A DNA stretch of 64,000 nt, from the IMG/VR virus record IMGVR_UViG_3300028603_000021, positions 96,001 to 160,000 of that record; one strand, written 5' to 3'. The translations under genes and the position numbers were made by a program. Positions 63,801 to 64,000 of the stretch are shown here, in pieces (position 1 is the stretch's first letter; every line of letters begins with the position of its first letter). Source of the stretch: a virus (Duplodnaviria; Caudoviricetes). The notes beneath the pieces are model-generated. The model saw only the letters and a program-made list of their open reading frames with translations. It was not told the DNA's origin and did not search any database.

Positions 63801-63985
63801 AGTACAACAGAACAAAACCAGTCATAACTAACGAAGAGAAAGACCCAACACCAATCGGCCCAGCAGATAAGTCACGCGGAGCTAGTAACGTGTTCGCTAG
63901 CAGCCCGAACCTGATGGACACAAGCCGTGGCGGTGTTCGCAGACGCCAGGATGTACATCCGCTACCAAAGAAGAAGGGAAAATAG
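60884..63985 (+). CDS. 1033-aa probable head-associated protein with a possible C-terminal PD-(D/E)xK nuclease motif
   Basis: Coupled to the portal; N-terminal YKS, FYKA, ALKA motifs; GAIDAI...PIEFK. Confidence 0.45.
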   Translation: MYKLTTYKSLVVPEGFTTGQLDFYKAFSYLTSLGMNNEAMAMLFALKAVVVPEGSAVIYTPEGKNPSKIPAGSGVPIYLGRDNTTWEGFAQYVAENPENTTWQIVNEEDAEDIEFDQEYYVALMSRFRESMIQSLDAGDYYNTVTLLEYLNRLAAQPEKYLEEARKETIVQAGDSKETREKKKEMRDAAEERYNKTRRVQVSATRLAEQTHAELVYRHVLQSKNITELERQVEEAFTPRMEYLAERLKDVDGTWKLEYRQADTTYFTATRNNNAIEAKRGYVPVLVRYEGERDLSDLMAVLALSNYNGFTTEELTPGSDSSLLDKNGVMHLEDVGVAAETLVGKAPMEVLDKAVGLTSRLATLITLRELAGLERREKIASRHALDALVTDPRNLENTYVKKGDIDSQEAFFNAMVFTARIDQTFEQGVAVSQGVSAVDENWSEPVREGAHLLVARSREKASEFLFGKDGWEPLEDALGIKLNETHRTGLSSAIENMSAEEINKLMSKNNDALAKEVMSAMGITRGRVSSSQAEQISDSVRSLQKRILARKELEYASWSARLGGMYTTDGHYFRRGVSWVVNHALAGESVSFDEYSQSFVGDESGRIVPLAYLDLIGGQAIGFNTDTNDIELSPTQEEYFKSRYNMTDISGDNLLDLLYAASKDGGYAPSAVYSQNIISSNADIKNQLAENNGGKEFSPDMVEIDTKENPRLQSTVQDFAGQIFGRIVDNDNDYDNSTVELTDALLEAETRAEVARLIPQVAESIANNVVTTYKETFGAGVDSQWVKDLVTKDVNDKLTSSLGNKKEVATGKSILSGSYGVYFEGVQSIAAMVGLVGRSGASGATETKLGFEWEDPTGVRHIYSRNPKSGAIDAIYTTLGKDGTLTVEPIEFKLSDTHDAIAHLGTTTDFYEPKLQELVRDTRAKKLVVSSTNNFSQIVSTSRKGDQKKKPAEFRKRLKGIVTSVLSFKVPFFQYNRTKPVITNEEKDPTPIGPADKSRGASNVFASSPNLMDTSRGGVRRRQDVHPLPKKKGK

Positions 63986-64000
63986 ACTATGCTTATAAGC

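Noticed and set aside
1-64000. Stop-codon reassignment, tRNA genes, CRISPR arrays, DGR
   Set aside because: Genes are full-length in the standard code and use all three stops; no cloverleaf, repeat-spacer array or reverse transcriptase recognised by eye

Overview
The window is part of a large tailed-phage (myovirus) genome. Its capsid, tube, neck and portal proteins resemble those of SPO1/Twort/A511-type phages but are divergent. From 1 to about 52.2 kb the minus strand carries the morphogenesis region. In transcription order it encodes fibre, adaptor and carbohydrate-active proteins, a cluster of large probable head-packaged proteins, a protease-scaffold, the major capsid protein, decoration and fibre proteins, neck, sheath, two tube paralogues, a -1 frameshifted tail chaperone, two tape-measure-like paralogues, hub, spike and a PAAR-like tip. 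Four paralogous free-standing genes (Zn-ribbon array + Vsr/EDxHD-like nuclease + Mom-like GNAT) are interspersed among the structural genes. Next come a complete IS200/IS605 element (divergent tnpA/tnpB, 53162-54774) and an A/T-tract palindromic non-coding region where the coding strand switches. The plus strand then encodes a family A DNA polymerase split by a 656-nt group I intron with an HNH gene, the portal, and a 1033-aa protein. Many genes have sigma70-type promoters placed for leaderless translation. There are two best candidates for undescribed biology. (1) A probable capsid-cargo operon marked by hydrophobic-x-K/[SA] protease motifs; it contains a pseudokinase, a pseudo-zincin, a variant SNF2 ATPase and a giant beads-on-a-string protein with a SAM-lyase-like domain. 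(2) The four nuclease-GNAT genes with variable Zn-ribbon arrays. All family assignments come from motif recognition by eye; no searches were run.
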